Assembly: GCA_003614675.1 (NCBI GenBank)
Contig: ML002337.1
Location: 1-40,614 of the forward strand
Length of the DNA stretch: 40,614 nt
Direction of reading: 5' to 3'
From: Dimargaris cristalligena
Lineage: Eukaryota
The translations under genes were made by a program, and so were the position numbers. Below are positions 12,627 through 23,665 of the stretch, one piece after another. The notes beneath the pieces were generated by a model, which worked only from the letters and a program-made list of their open reading frames with translations, did not search any database and had not been told where the DNA came from. The stretch's first letter is position 1; each line of letters opens with the position of its first letter.

Positions 12627-14324
12627 TTAAGGGGTCCAAAAGGCATCGCTGGCCAAATGGTTAAACAGCTGTTCGTCGATAATCGACCGCTGCCAGCCCC
12701 GGATAGCATGGTCGGGCGTATTCGCCAGCTGGTTGATACTCTCCTCCGTAATCGCCGGCGAATCCCCCAACGTCACGCACACGAGCCGACCGGCCCGCTG
12801 CCGGAGTCGGGCCAAGTGGGCCAGGGCGTGGTGGTCGACATTGACGCACCCCACGATGCTGAGCGACAGGAGCGTATGGCAGTGTTCCGAGATGTGCCGG
12901 ATAGCGGTGTTGGAGATGGTATGCACGTAGTTGAGGTCAAGGCTCTGGAGGCGCGGACACTGCACCACGAGTTCATAAATGGTTTGGTCGTTGACGGACT
13001 CGGGGGAAAAGGACAGGAGGGCGGCCACCGCCGGGGGGATTCCGGTGAGTTCACCGCCCCCTAGTTGGTCCACCGCTGGGTGATGTCGACTCCCCGAGTG
13101 AGCAAGACTGATCCGTTCGAGCTGGGGACAGTGCCGGATGAACCGCAGGAGATCGTGGCGAGTTAAACTCGGTAGGTGGCTCAGATCGAGCCAGCGGAGC
13201 TCCGGGAACCGAACGGCCAGCTGGGCCAAGCCAGTGCTGGTGAGCCCCAGGCAGCCGGCGATTTTGAGTCGCCGTAGCGAGGGGTACCGTACTAAAGGTG
13301 TGGACCATAGCTCGTCCTTGATCTGGGTGACGTGGGCCAAGGCCAGGGTCTGCAGACGGGGGCAGGAGGTTAGCGCAGCGCGCACTGCCGCGGTGTCCAC
13401 CCACAGGCAGTAGTTCAACAGCAGCGTCTGGAGGTTGGGAAGGCGGGGTAGACAGTGCTGGAGAGTATTGGCACTGATTCGATGGCACCCTGATAGATTG
13501 AGGTATTGTAGGCCGGGGCAGTGCCGGGTAATGGCCTCCAAAGCCCCGTCCGCCAGCCACTGGTGGCCGTGGGTTAGGTCCACTTGACGCACATGGATGC
13601 CGTACTGAGGCAACGCCCAGGCCCGCAAAAGCCCGACCTCGTCAAGTACCGGCACGTCGGCCAAAAAACGGGCCCCGGGGAGGGGAAAGTAGCGGAGCCA
13701 GCGTCGACTCAGCCGCAAGACTGTGGGAGGTAGCATCCAACGGTAGAGCATGTGGAGCAGCAACAGGTTGGTACTCGGGTACTGAATAAGTGGGTAAACC
13801 AGCGGGAGTCCCCATATGATGGGTAAGGCGGCCTGGCGCCACTGCCGGCACACCTGGGCCGTTGTGCGCTGGTCCTTATCGTCTAGATAACCGACGACGC
13901 GCGCGATTACCTCCGTGGGGAGGGTCTGGATAGTCGCGGTGGCCCGGTGGAACCGGTAGGTGGTGCGGTAGGGCCCTACTTGGGGAGGCAGCCGTTCTTT
14001 CTTACCCCTTACGGACCGGACCGGGCTGGGCCAACCGTAACCCTCTCCAACCCCAGCCCCGGGCCCCACTGGCCGACCAGACGGGCTGCGTTTGCCACCC
14101 GGCGCGTCGTCGGGCGACCACCCCCCTCCCGAAAGGTCCCCCGCTGCCCACACCGGTACTAGCGCCGTGTATTCCTCATTCCAGAGTTGAAGTAGGAAGC
14201 GGAGCAGGCGGAACAAAGGTAGGCGTTCGAATGGAACGTAAACGGCCAGGACTTTAAATACTTGCTCCCAGTCATCGGGGAGGCCGGTCACGCCGACGGC
14301 CCAGTTGGTTAATAAGGTCAACAT
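12627..14324 (-). CDS. F-box / cysteine-containing LRR protein (FBXL-type SCF substrate receptor)
   Basis: F-box IQTLPTEVIARVVGYLDDKDQRTTAQVCRQWRQAALPIIW followed by many LRRs of the CPxLxxLxLxxC type. The ORF-track start at 14378 is GTG; the first in-frame ATG is at 14324. The exact start is uncertain. Confidence 0.88.
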   Translation of the reverse strand: MLTLLTNWAVGVTGLPDDWEQVFKVLAVYVPFERLPLFRLLRFLLQLWNEEYTALVPVWAAGDLSGGGWSPDDAPGGKRSPSGRPVGPGAGVGEGYGWPSPVRSVRGKKERLPPQVGPYRTTYRFHRATATIQTLPTEVIARVVGYLDDKDQRTTAQVCRQWRQAALPIIWGLPLVYPLIQYPSTNLLLLHMLYRWMLPPTVLRLSRRWLRYFPLPGARFLADVPVLDEVGLLRAWALPQYGIHVRQVDLTHGHQWLADGALEAITRHCPGLQYLNLSGCHRISANTLQHCLPRLPNLQTLLLNYCLWVDTAAVRAALTSCPRLQTLALAHVTQIKDELWSTPLVRYPSLRRLKIAGCLGLTSTGLAQLAVRFPELRWLDLSHLPSLTRHDLLRFIRHCPQLERISLAHSGSRHHPAVDQLGGGELTGIPPAVAALLSFSPESVNDQTIYELVVQCPRLQSLDLNYVHTISNTAIRHISEHCHTLLSLSIVGCVNVDHHALAHLARLRQRAGRLVCVTLGDSPAITEESINQLANTPDHAIRGWQRSIIDEQLFNHLASDAFWTP

Positions 14325-15669
14325 AGGTGTCAGAAACTTCTGACTGGGGGGGCGGTGGATGAGGGTGGAGGTGTCCACTAGGCGAAATAGTAGGGCCCCC
14401 GACGGATGGGAGTGCGGGAGCGTAGTCAGTCAATGAAGGTGGAGGAGTTGGCCCAGTGCAGAGGAAATGAGTCAAGCGCAGGTAAAGAGAACGGACATGA
14501 AATAAATAGAACTATTAGTGGAAATAGAAATAGAAATAATATGAACAGGTGAATGGGCTGGCGGGAATCTTCAGTCTCGCCCCACGCCTTGTAAGTTTGT
14601 ATCGTAGAGTAGAAAAGGTCAAGAAGTTCCGAGCGGGGTTGGCTGGCTACTGAGTTTATGACTTTACACACACACTAACCCTTTTTAAAGGCCCTAGGAC
14701 AGCGGGAGTCAGCTGGCGGCCCTCCTCCCATGACTGTAGTGGCTGCCTTGCCCTGCTTCCCTCACTGGGCTAGGTGTCGGTGCTTAAGGAACGAACATTC
14801 GACAATCCCCCCTATATATTAATAGCAGTTATACGATAAGCAGCCAGATGTGTCACTACTACGCCCCACTGGACTTATTTATTAACCGTCCCTACAGCCG
14901 CATCCTAGGCTTCGGCGGAGTTTAGCCTCCCCAGCCCCTTATTGTTCTCCCCTCAACCCACGTTGGTTAGTGAAGCAGCGGCCGTTGATTGAATAACCGC
15001 TGGGGTATGTGTGTGCCAGGGGAGGGTTGGTACTGAGGAATGCATTAACCCCAGCAAATTTATTCAAAGTCTGCGTTGGTAAGGGATAGCCGTAACGAGG
15101 TGGGCTTCGGCTGACGGAATGACGCGGCACTAAGCCCTGAATGGACTAGCGGTCATGTAGGTTCCAACTACTATCCCCATTGGCTCGGTAGGTGGAATGG
15201 CTTACCTTTTATGATTCTATCTGCTACCCAAGTAATAGGCTCATTTGGCTTCGTCATGAATAGATTACTGTCCCTGACCTTCCATTAGTAGAGCCAGGCA
15301 TCTATCCATCATCCACTTACGTGACGGGGTTTGCCAGCTTTTAGGCAGATCACTAGAGCACTTGACTGTCGATTATTTATATATGGTATCGTGGGTCAGA
15401 TTGGCACAGGCTTCTTCGGTCCATGACTCTCGCAAGCTCTTTAAGCTGCCGAACTAACCACCCCACCTCTTAGAAATTTAGCAGGGCACAGTAAATGTAA
15501 TAACAGGTAATAATATTAAAAAAACACATCCGATTAAGGTTGCCTTTGGGAGATGAAAATCAAAGCACGGGGTAGGCACAATTTTAATTGAGCGTATAAA
15601 TGTCCCCACTAAAAGGTGGCTGGTTTCAAATTCGACCGACCCAAGGGGGCCTCTCCACCGACTCCTCCT

Positions 15670-18009
15670 CTATTTCCGCTGGTCCGCGGGTGTTGACTCG
15701 GCATCTTCTGAGGACCGGCTGGCCCAAATGCGGTCCGATACCTTAGCAACATCCCGCATTTCCTTCACATCATGCACCCGTAGAATACGACAGCCCCCCG
15801 CGATGGCCGCCGAGCAGGTGGCCGCGGTACCCCAGGCGCGGTCTTTCGGCTGCTCCTGGTTAGTGATTTTACCGATAAACTTCTTGCGCGACGTACCCAC
15901 GAGAACGGGGAATCCGGCGATGGGCGACTGGTCGTCGGTCAACTGGCTCAACTGACGCAGGAGATCCAAGTCCTGGTCTACATTTTTGGCGAAGCCGATC
16001 CCGGGGTCGACGATAATGTTCCAGCGGTAAATGCCGGCCCGGAGCGCGTGGTGTACGCAGGCCTGGAGTTCCGTGGTGACAATAGGCACGACTTGGCCGG
16101 CGGGGTAGTCGTTCAGACCCATCATGGTCTTGGCGTTACCCCGCATATGCATGAGGCAAATCGGGACCTGGTACCGGGCGGCAATAGCTAGAATGCGGGG
16201 GTCCCGCTGGCCACCCGAAACATCGTTGATGAAGTTGGCCCCAGCCTGGAGCGCGGCCTCGGCCACGGCGCTGTAGTAGGTGTCGATGGAAATGGGCACC
16301 TTCACCCCGTGTTTCCGGAGGAGCTGCACCACAGGGACCACCCGCTGGATCTCTTCCTCGGCGGTAATTTCGTCGGCATTGGGTCGTGTAGACTGTCCCC
16401 CCACGTCAATCAAATCGGCCCCGTCCTGTACCATGCTTTGGGCGTGAGTCAGGGCAGCCGAGGGATCCACCCACTGGCCACCGTCACTGAAGCTGTCGGG
16501 CGTGCAGTTTAGGATCCCCATGAGGTAAGTGCGTTCCTCCCAGCTCCATACCCGGCCATTTAGAGGGAACACCCGTTCGATACCCGCCGCGGACTCGGCA
16601 TGCAGCCTTAATTTGAGCAACTGGTGGGTCGTTTTAAACAGCGTGGGATGCTCCATGTGGCGGGCAATATCACAGAGCGGGAACAGTACGAACAGTCGCT
16701 CTTGGATGCGGGGGTGGGGAATGGTCAGGTCGGGGGTCTGGATAATCAGTCGGCCATAGAATAGGATATCTAAATCAATGGGCCGGGGACCGTTACGGAC
16801 CCGCTGGGCCTGTTCCAGATCACGTCCCAAATCCACCTCGATGGTTTTGAGAGCTGCGAGTAGGGCCTCGGGGGTCAAGTTGGTCTGGATATGGCAGGCG
16901 CAGTTCAAGAACCGACTCTGGTCAACCACGTACATGGGGGCAGTCCGGTAAAGGAAGGACGTATTGGTCACTTGAATGTCGGGGTGGGCTTGCAGCCGTT
17001 CCAGAGCTGAATGCATGGTTGTCACGGTGTCGCCCACATTTCCGCCGAGGGCCAGCGTGGCCTGGTGCGGTAAAGTCGGGCTGGGGGTGGGAGCAGTCGA
17101 ATGGGGGATAACACGGGACAGGGACCATCTCCGGGCCCGGGTGGCGAGTTCCTCGTCATCCAGCACAGTCGGCTGTTCCCCGTCCTCGGAGGGAGTCGAC
17201 GGGGTCGTGTAATCGGAGGCCGTGCGGGTAATTTCGACACCCGCTCCTTCGGCAAAGGACAGGGCACTGGGCTTTTCAATGCGTACGGTGATGTTGTCTA
17301 CTTGGCAGCGCTGGATACTGATCCGGGCAATGGCCGAAGCCAGAGCCTCAACGGTTTTAAAGCGGGACTTCTCGACATACTGGCTGATGGTGCGCACAAT
17401 GGTGCGGTAGTTATGCTGCTGTGGGACATGGTCGCTGGCTAGGGCCGCCGTTGTCAGGTGGACCCAGAGTTCGAGGCTAATAACGACTATCTGGGTCGAC
17501 TCTCGTTCCCAGGGGTTCACGCCCACAATGGTACTTAGCCGCAGATCTTTGACAAAGATGCGGTCGCTTAACCGGGGGGCAGTAGCAGTAGTGGAGGTGT
17601 GGGCCAGGTCGGGGTCGACCGTGGGGGAGGAAGAGGTCAGAAGTTCCTCCCGGGTCCGGGTCAATTCCAAACCAGCGGCCGCCGCATGAAGTAGGGCACC
17701 GGGCTTTTCAATCCGAACGGTAGCTCGAATACTCCGAACATGGTCCAGGCCAATGCGGAGAATCCCGAGGGCCAACGCTTCGACGCTCTTGAAGGTCGAG
17801 GCTTCGCTGAATTGGGTAATGCGCTTGCAGAGGGTGCCGTAGTTAACGGTGTCAGACACCGTATCGTAGCGGGCGGCGGCTTCGATACTTTGGGTCTCGA
17901 CTTCAATGGTCACGACAATGGCCTGGGGCTTGATGCGCTCCCAAGAGTCCACGCCAATGATAGTGCGGAGGGTTAGGTCACGGATTAGAACTTTATCGAG
18001 TGGGGGCAT
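15670..18009 (-). CDS. FOL1: Trifunctional folate synthesis protein (DHNA-DHNA-HPPK-DHPS), 779 aa
   Basis: Two FolB domains (IIGVDSWER...VNYGTL...KSVEALA; IVGVNPWER...NYRTI...KTVEALA). HPPK motifs (LALGGNVGD, FLNCAC, GPRPIDLDIL, IPHPRIQERLFVL). DHPS motifs (MGILNCTPDSFSDGG, GGQSTRP, IDTY, INDVSGG, DPGIGFAK, GTSRKKF, RVHDV). Confidence 0.97.
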   Translation of the reverse strand: MPPLDKVLIRDLTLRTIIGVDSWERIKPQAIVVTIEVETQSIEAAARYDTVSDTVNYGTLCKRITQFSEASTFKSVEALALGILRIGLDHVRSIRATVRIEKPGALLHAAAAGLELTRTREELLTSSSPTVDPDLAHTSTTATAPRLSDRIFVKDLRLSTIVGVNPWERESTQIVVISLELWVHLTTAALASDHVPQQHNYRTIVRTISQYVEKSRFKTVEALASAIARISIQRCQVDNITVRIEKPSALSFAEGAGVEITRTASDYTTPSTPSEDGEQPTVLDDEELATRARRWSLSRVIPHSTAPTPSPTLPHQATLALGGNVGDTVTTMHSALERLQAHPDIQVTNTSFLYRTAPMYVVDQSRFLNCACHIQTNLTPEALLAALKTIEVDLGRDLEQAQRVRNGPRPIDLDILFYGRLIIQTPDLTIPHPRIQERLFVLFPLCDIARHMEHPTLFKTTHQLLKLRLHAESAAGIERVFPLNGRVWSWEERTYLMGILNCTPDSFSDGGQWVDPSAALTHAQSMVQDGADLIDVGGQSTRPNADEITAEEEIQRVVPVVQLLRKHGVKVPISIDTYYSAVAEAALQAGANFINDVSGGQRDPRILAIAARYQVPICLMHMRGNAKTMMGLNDYPAGQVVPIVTTELQACVHHALRAGIYRWNIIVDPGIGFAKNVDQDLDLLRQLSQLTDDQSPIAGFPVLVGTSRKKFIGKITNQEQPKDRAWGTAATCSAAIAGGCRILRVHDVKEMRDVAKVSDRIWASRSSEDAESTPADQRK

Positions 18010-18616
18010 GGTGGTGGGTGGTTAATAACGCGGTGGTTAGATAGTAAAATTAAAATAGATAGCTAAAGGTGCCTTGATGGTCAAACACGAACAAGGCTGA
18101 ATCTCGACGAGACTAGTAGATAGTGCAAATAGACCCGGGCTGTGCACTCGATAGGAAAGAGTCCTTTGAAGCGAGAAATAGGACTGTTTGTATCGATTGG
18201 TATCATTACAGTATGGGTGGTTAAATATCAAAAAAAAATAGGGCAGTTCCCCCAACAATCTCTATTAAGTGATTTTAGGTAAAACCGCTGGCCATACCTG
18301 CTTGGTTTTTGGGGCAGCTTGGTGAAACCAGCCAGCTGGCGAGGTTCAGGAAACAGCCACAGTAGGCATTTTACCAATACAAGCCATGCATCCCAACTGA
18401 ATACTACCCTCTCGTCGGAGTTGAGGCCGTGGTTAGCCCCACCTGGTGGAACGATTGGCTCCTATCTGAGCAACTGGTGAGGGTGTCGCTTCGGGATCCG
18501 CTACTAAAGCGCCTTCAGTGGTCGGCCATTCCTACATGAACAGTCTCCACCAAGCCCTCATTACCCCGTTAACCATTTTGAATATTCGGCTATTTAGCTA
18601 CATTCACTGTCTCACC

Positions 18617-19520
18617 ATGGCCGAGCCATTGACTATGTTCATTATTGTCCGCAAGGACCTAATCAAAGTAAGCCAGTCCCTCCATAGTCTGACTGGGTTG
18701 AGCTTCCTCCAGATTGGAAGTATGCACCGTATACCAGACCTGTACTGACGCAACAAGGAACCATCCCCAACCTTTGAATCACTGCCAGACTACACCTCAC
18801 CTCTAACCCGAGTTTTCGATCCTCTTACGCAACATATGCTGCTCTGCACTGTACTTTAACGATAACCTCCTACTTCGATAACCCACGTATCTAGCAGCTG
18901 GGCTGGAACTTTGGAAGGTAAGTTAACATTTTAATTAGCCCACCCCTGATCTTATATAAACTTAACATAAGCTTATACAACATTGGTGGCCCTTTCGGTT
19001 ATCCAGAATTTCGATCCAAGTCAAGATAATATACCATTATTTAATACCCTACTTCGCCCTACATATATAACCTCATTTACCTCGTGTACTACGGCCGATA
19101 GTGTCATGACTCAGGCGTGCCATGCCACCAGTGCCACGCTTTGGCGCTTCAAGGATAACCCAGTAGTCCAGGCTTACGCCAATGACTGGGAAAACATGCA
19201 CAAAGTAGTATTGGAGGTAAGTACCGTCTATGTAGCCATGACCGCGATTGCCAACACTAGGCACCACTTTCATAATTGGTGAGGTTTAGTAACTGGTCCT
19301 GTTTAAATTCCGATTCCCCGATCTTAATCCCCTTCCCCCCTTCCAGACTAAAAACGAGGCTTCTCTTCAAAAGGCGGCAGATGGACTAAAGGCCAAAGGC
19401 GTGGACTTCCACCTTTGGGTTGAGCAACCGGAGAACCTCCCCACGTGTTTAGCCACCATTCCTACCCAGCGCAGCACCGTCCAAGACATTACCAAGAAAT
19501 GCCAGCTCTGGCGGTCGTAA
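18617..19520 (+). CDS. PTRHD1: PTRHD1-like peptidyl-tRNA hydrolase 2 (PTH2)-fold protein, ~120 aa, 4 exons
   Basis: Exons 18617-18667, 18895-18917, 19102-19216 and 19347-19520, all joined by GT-AG introns and in frame. Translation MAEPLTMFIIVRKDLIK-QLGWNFGS-VMTQACHA...MHKVVLE-TKNEASL...LWVEQPENLPTCLAT...* carries the PTRHD1 motifs VRKDL, QACHA, MHKVVLE and WxEQPEN. Confidence 0.92.
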
Positions 19521-19791
19521 GACGACGAAGAACAAATATACCAGGCCTTGCAATTCCAATCAAGCTAGAAAAGGTCATTGCGATAATCAAATATACGAAT
19601 GTCCATTGGTTTCTTTGACTCAAGGGATGGGATGGAGATAACATCGCCCAACCTATGCTCCCCGCTTTTTGTTTCAACAATCTTTAAAATAAACCTGTAT
19701 CCTAATCAATTACACGGCAGGTAATCTATCTGGACTACTCTAATCTAAACCCAAGGCCCGAGTAGTAAGGTTATACCTATATTCATTTTAT

Positions 19792-21331
19792 TTACTCTTC
19801 CTCATCCCTGGCCTCTTCTTCATCCACTTCCACCTCCTCGCCTTCCTCCCTGTTACTATCGGGGGTAGATGCCGATGTTTGTCTACGCTGCCTGCTTACT
19901 TCGATTCGCGATTGGCGAAGCTGAGTTCCGTCGAACGTCTGGCTGCCAAAGACTTGGGATTCCACCCATGATGTGTGGCAACTGGGGCATTGGTTACGAT
20001 GCACGGGTATGTATTTTCGGGCACAATAGACGTGGAGGGCTGTGCCACAATCTTCCCGTGGGCACCGTTCCCCCTATAAACATAATGCATCAATTAACAG
20101 CATAGTACACCAGTATCCAATAAGTATTTTCATGAAAATCGATAACGGGGATGCGTACTTTCGGGCCATAGTTAGAGTAGCTAGATGGGTATGTATCGAT
20201 TCAAGGAAACCTATGTAAAAAAAAAGCTGTTATGCCTCTCCAGAGTCCAATGGATTACGAACAGGCACATACCTTGGTGACGATCTCCTTGCACAAGAAG
20301 CACTCGGAGATACATTCGCTGTACTCTTCTTTCAAATAGGTCTGCAAGTCAACGATCGATCTGTTCGACAAGGAATAATAACCCGCGGCGGATAAATCCA
20401 GCCACTGGCTCCGCACTAGATCCTTGAGAAACTCCTGGACGAGTAATTTACTGCCGTGAGTACCCAAGTGGTAAATGTCGTTGATAGTGGCAGTGGAAGC
20501 CACACAAAAGTTACCATCGTCGGCCGTCATGATAAGTTTAATCTATACGATCAAATAAAATTGGATAAGTAGGTATATTCGATGGACTGGTTAATCGGAC
20601 TGCTACAGTGTAAATAAACCCGCATCCATAAGCCTATAGTATTGGCCATGCTCTCTATTTAAATAACATACAATGCTTGACTTACCAAGTGTTTAAATGC
20701 ATTTAATTCGGACGCCGAATAACTCGTCGCCATCTGGGCAATATCATCGCCTTTGGTATTGACCTACCCTCGCCAAATATAAGTACAAATACCAGAACCA
20801 CATATTTAGCAAGACGCAATACCCGGATGATAATAAAGCAAAGTAGGGCCCGTGGTTGGTTGAATACATTGCCTCCACTAGACGGTGGTATACCAATGGA
20901 ATACGGGGACAAGTCGCAAGTATATTATGAACTTACAATGGCCACCATCCGTTCGCCGGAAATCTCATCTTGAATAGTTCGTAGTTCGAGATTGATAGGG
21001 TCAAGGGCTACGTTGACTGTGAGGATGGCATCCTGAAAGTTCCGTTCGGTTTGGTCAGCTGTTGACGCACACGTTTATATATTATTGTTATTATTATTTA
21101 TAAAAAAGTAATTCAAATAAGTAGCGGTCAATCCACTGGGGTGAATGGTGTTAATCGGGGATGCGAACGGGCAACTAAAGAAGTCCTAATAAAAACAAGT
21201 GTCGTAAAATTATACTTACATGAGGTGGCGCTAAGGCACTTTTGGAATATTTGTTCGGCCTTGGACTGAGGTAAGCAACGCTCTAAGAGGCAGTTTTGGA
21301 GAAAAAGCCGATGCGCGTCGGTATAGGCCAT
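19792..21331 (-). CDS. NSE1: Nse1 (NSMCE1), RING-like subunit of the Smc5/6 complex, ~287 aa, 5 exons
   Basis: Exons 21331-21220, 21058-20937, 20763-20686, 20542-20273 and 20073-19792, with GTAAGT/GTATGT donors and YAG acceptors, frame preserved. Motifs: YTDAHRLFLQ, VNTKGDDIAQMATSYS, LVRSQWL...YYSLSNRSIVDLQTYL, the RING-like CFLC...CPREDC...H.YC...CPSC, and an acidic tail. Confidence 0.93.
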
Positions 21332-21800
21332 GGCAGTAAGCTACAGGGCGTAAATGCGGGGGTTGGGGGAAGGAGCAAAGCTGCCAAACTGGTGGGGTTC
21401 TCAAAGTCGAGCTGGGTTGCCCTAGTGATTGCTGAAAAGCGGAGTGCGCTACTATCGGGAATGTCGAGGTTCAATGAGGGAATGGAAAAAGTAAACTTAG
21501 AGGTGGGCAATGGGTAAAGGGTGTATAGTACCACAGCCTACCAAGAAATAATATTACATAGGTAAGGGAAACCATGTCCGCCTGAACCTCTACGCCTTGT
21601 CAGGAAAGTTTATGTTTTGACATTTGGAATGCCGGGGTGGGTTTCGTTTTTGCATGCCATTCCTTTTATGCTGTGCCTATTCCGAATCCCATTTGTTTAT
21701 TATAAATCCCATGACCGGTCTCTAAAAAGACACACCAATCCCTTTTTTATACTGTGTTCCCCCGGTCCATCTTCCCATTTCAATAGACATTCACCTCGAC

Positions 21801-22914
21801 ATGTCCCAGGATTCACCCAAACCAGCCCAGCCCGCCCCAACACATGACTTGGCTGTGGTGCTCGAAAACTATCTCACTGGTCCGGGGCTTAATGACCAAT
21901 TTACAATGAAGGAGTTTAAGTCGTTCTTTCCCTCAGTCTACTGGTAAGTGGCCCGTTTTTCACTTTTGGGATAGTTTAGCCGTTGGAAACGGTGATTAAT
22001 TTCATTTTCAACCCAGGCCCGGGTGTCTTGTTACAAGGACTTCGCCGTTAACATGGTTCTAAATCGACTTCACTGCCCAATTCCCCAACCATAATTATTC
22101 CAATTGGACTATCATTTGATTAGGTCTCATAAACATGTCAAAGATCTTTTTCTAACCTACCAAGCCTGGCGAGAAAATATCAAAGATCTCGTCAAGCAAA
22201 GCATCATTGAGGGTATCGAAGACGAAGACTTACTTCCTTCGTATCCCAAAGAGGTCCCCCAAGAGCCCAAACCCCTGGGTTTGGATTCGGGTGTGAACGC
22301 TAATCTGACCGATACGCGAGTAAGTACTACTGGGTGGTCTGTTTTTTGACAAAACCTGGGAACTGTGATTTCGCCTCCTGTTTTACTAATATTATAAATG
22401 CCAAACAGTCCAGTCTACGTGTACTCGATGTAATGTACAGTGCAATATTCAACCCAACGACTAATTTACATTAGCATATTTGGACACCGACCTTCGTCCC
22501 GCTAGCTGGTCAGTATCCAAGATGCGATCACTTACCTTGAGGACGCCTCAACCGAAATCACAAGTTTGGTCCAGCAACTCGATAGTGAATGTAATTCCTA
22601 TCTCGAAGCAATCCAAGCGTAAGACCCGTCACTAGACCTATATTTATAAAGCAATTATGTGGAATTCAAGACCCTAGAATATCCGTCATTACCTAGTATG
22701 TATTCCCTGTACCGCCCGTCAACATTCTTACCAGTGTAGTTTTTTTGTTCTATTTTTGGTTGGTGGCCCTATCCAACATACCATTTGATTATCTAGGAAA
22801 AATGGGGAACTGGAAGGTCTATCGCTTGCTTCATCTAGTCGGCTGGTCAATCTCCCTACCAAAGAAGCCGATGAGCTACTGAAAGTACTGGACCAACTTG
22901 AAAGTACACCTTGA
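21801..22914 (+). CDS. Cnl2/Nkp2-family inner kinetochore protein, ~189 aa, 4 exons
   Basis: Exons 21801-21943, 22124-22319, 22506-22618 and 22797-22914, all GT-AG and in frame. VLENYLTGPGLNDQFTMKEFKSFFP..WSHKHVKDLFLTYQAWRENIKDLVKQSI matches my recollection of the Cnl2/Nkp2 N-terminal signature, and a coiled-coil (SIQDAITYLEDA...) follows. Confidence 0.75.
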
Positions 22915-23665
22915 TAGTGGGAATCATTGTGCTTAGTGGTTTGCAATCCCTGAATTAACACGAGCCTTCTTGGTAAATAAGTATGAGCCGGATGCCCTCA
23001 TTTTGAATGAATGGTCAATAGTCTGTATTTTTAGAATAAAATTCAACCGCCATATGCATTGGTAGCAGTATGGTATGACATGGTCTATTAATTGGTCGCA
23101 TAACTGTTCAGAATAGCTCCAGTCGCAGCAGCCACTTTGGCGGGCTTGGCGGATAACGATCACGCATGCGTGGACGAACTCTAACGCGTATATATATAAT
23201 TATTGTGTACTAGGCGACAGGGAATGCGGGGCAAATTGGAGAAGATTCAATATGTACCCGTGTTGGCGTTAAATTATTATATAAGCGGACACTTCCTACT
23301 ACCTATATGTTACTACTGAATCGTTAGTCTTATGAAGATGTAAAATACAATTCCTCATTTTTGGGCTGGACCAGACAATTTAAGCCAGGTCTTCCTTAGG
23401 CAAAGGATCTGTATAGATCCGCCGAAGGAATATGCCTCTGAATTGTCGACTAGAACCCTAACCACCGATGCCACTCATAAAACTAATAAATTTATAGAAA
23501 GTCTCGTGAAAATTTAGCAGAATAGATTATAACATACAGATGAGACTACTTAATACACGGCCCTACTATTGGGGAATTCCAATTTACAACTAAAGGCCAA
23601 AAAATTGATATAAATTACGACACAACGTTGAAAGTCGTATTGGGTATTGGTCAGCAAGAATCAGG

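Noticed and set aside
15670-18009. Duplicated DHNA domain and four-domain fusion in FOL1 as a novelty
   Set aside because: This is the standard fungal Fol1 architecture, and the DHPS STRP loop is the wild-type form.
23454-23463. AACCCTAACC resembling a telomerase RNA template or telomeric repeat
   Set aside because: Only ~1.5 repeats, in the gap between convergent genes, with no supporting structure. Compatible with chance.
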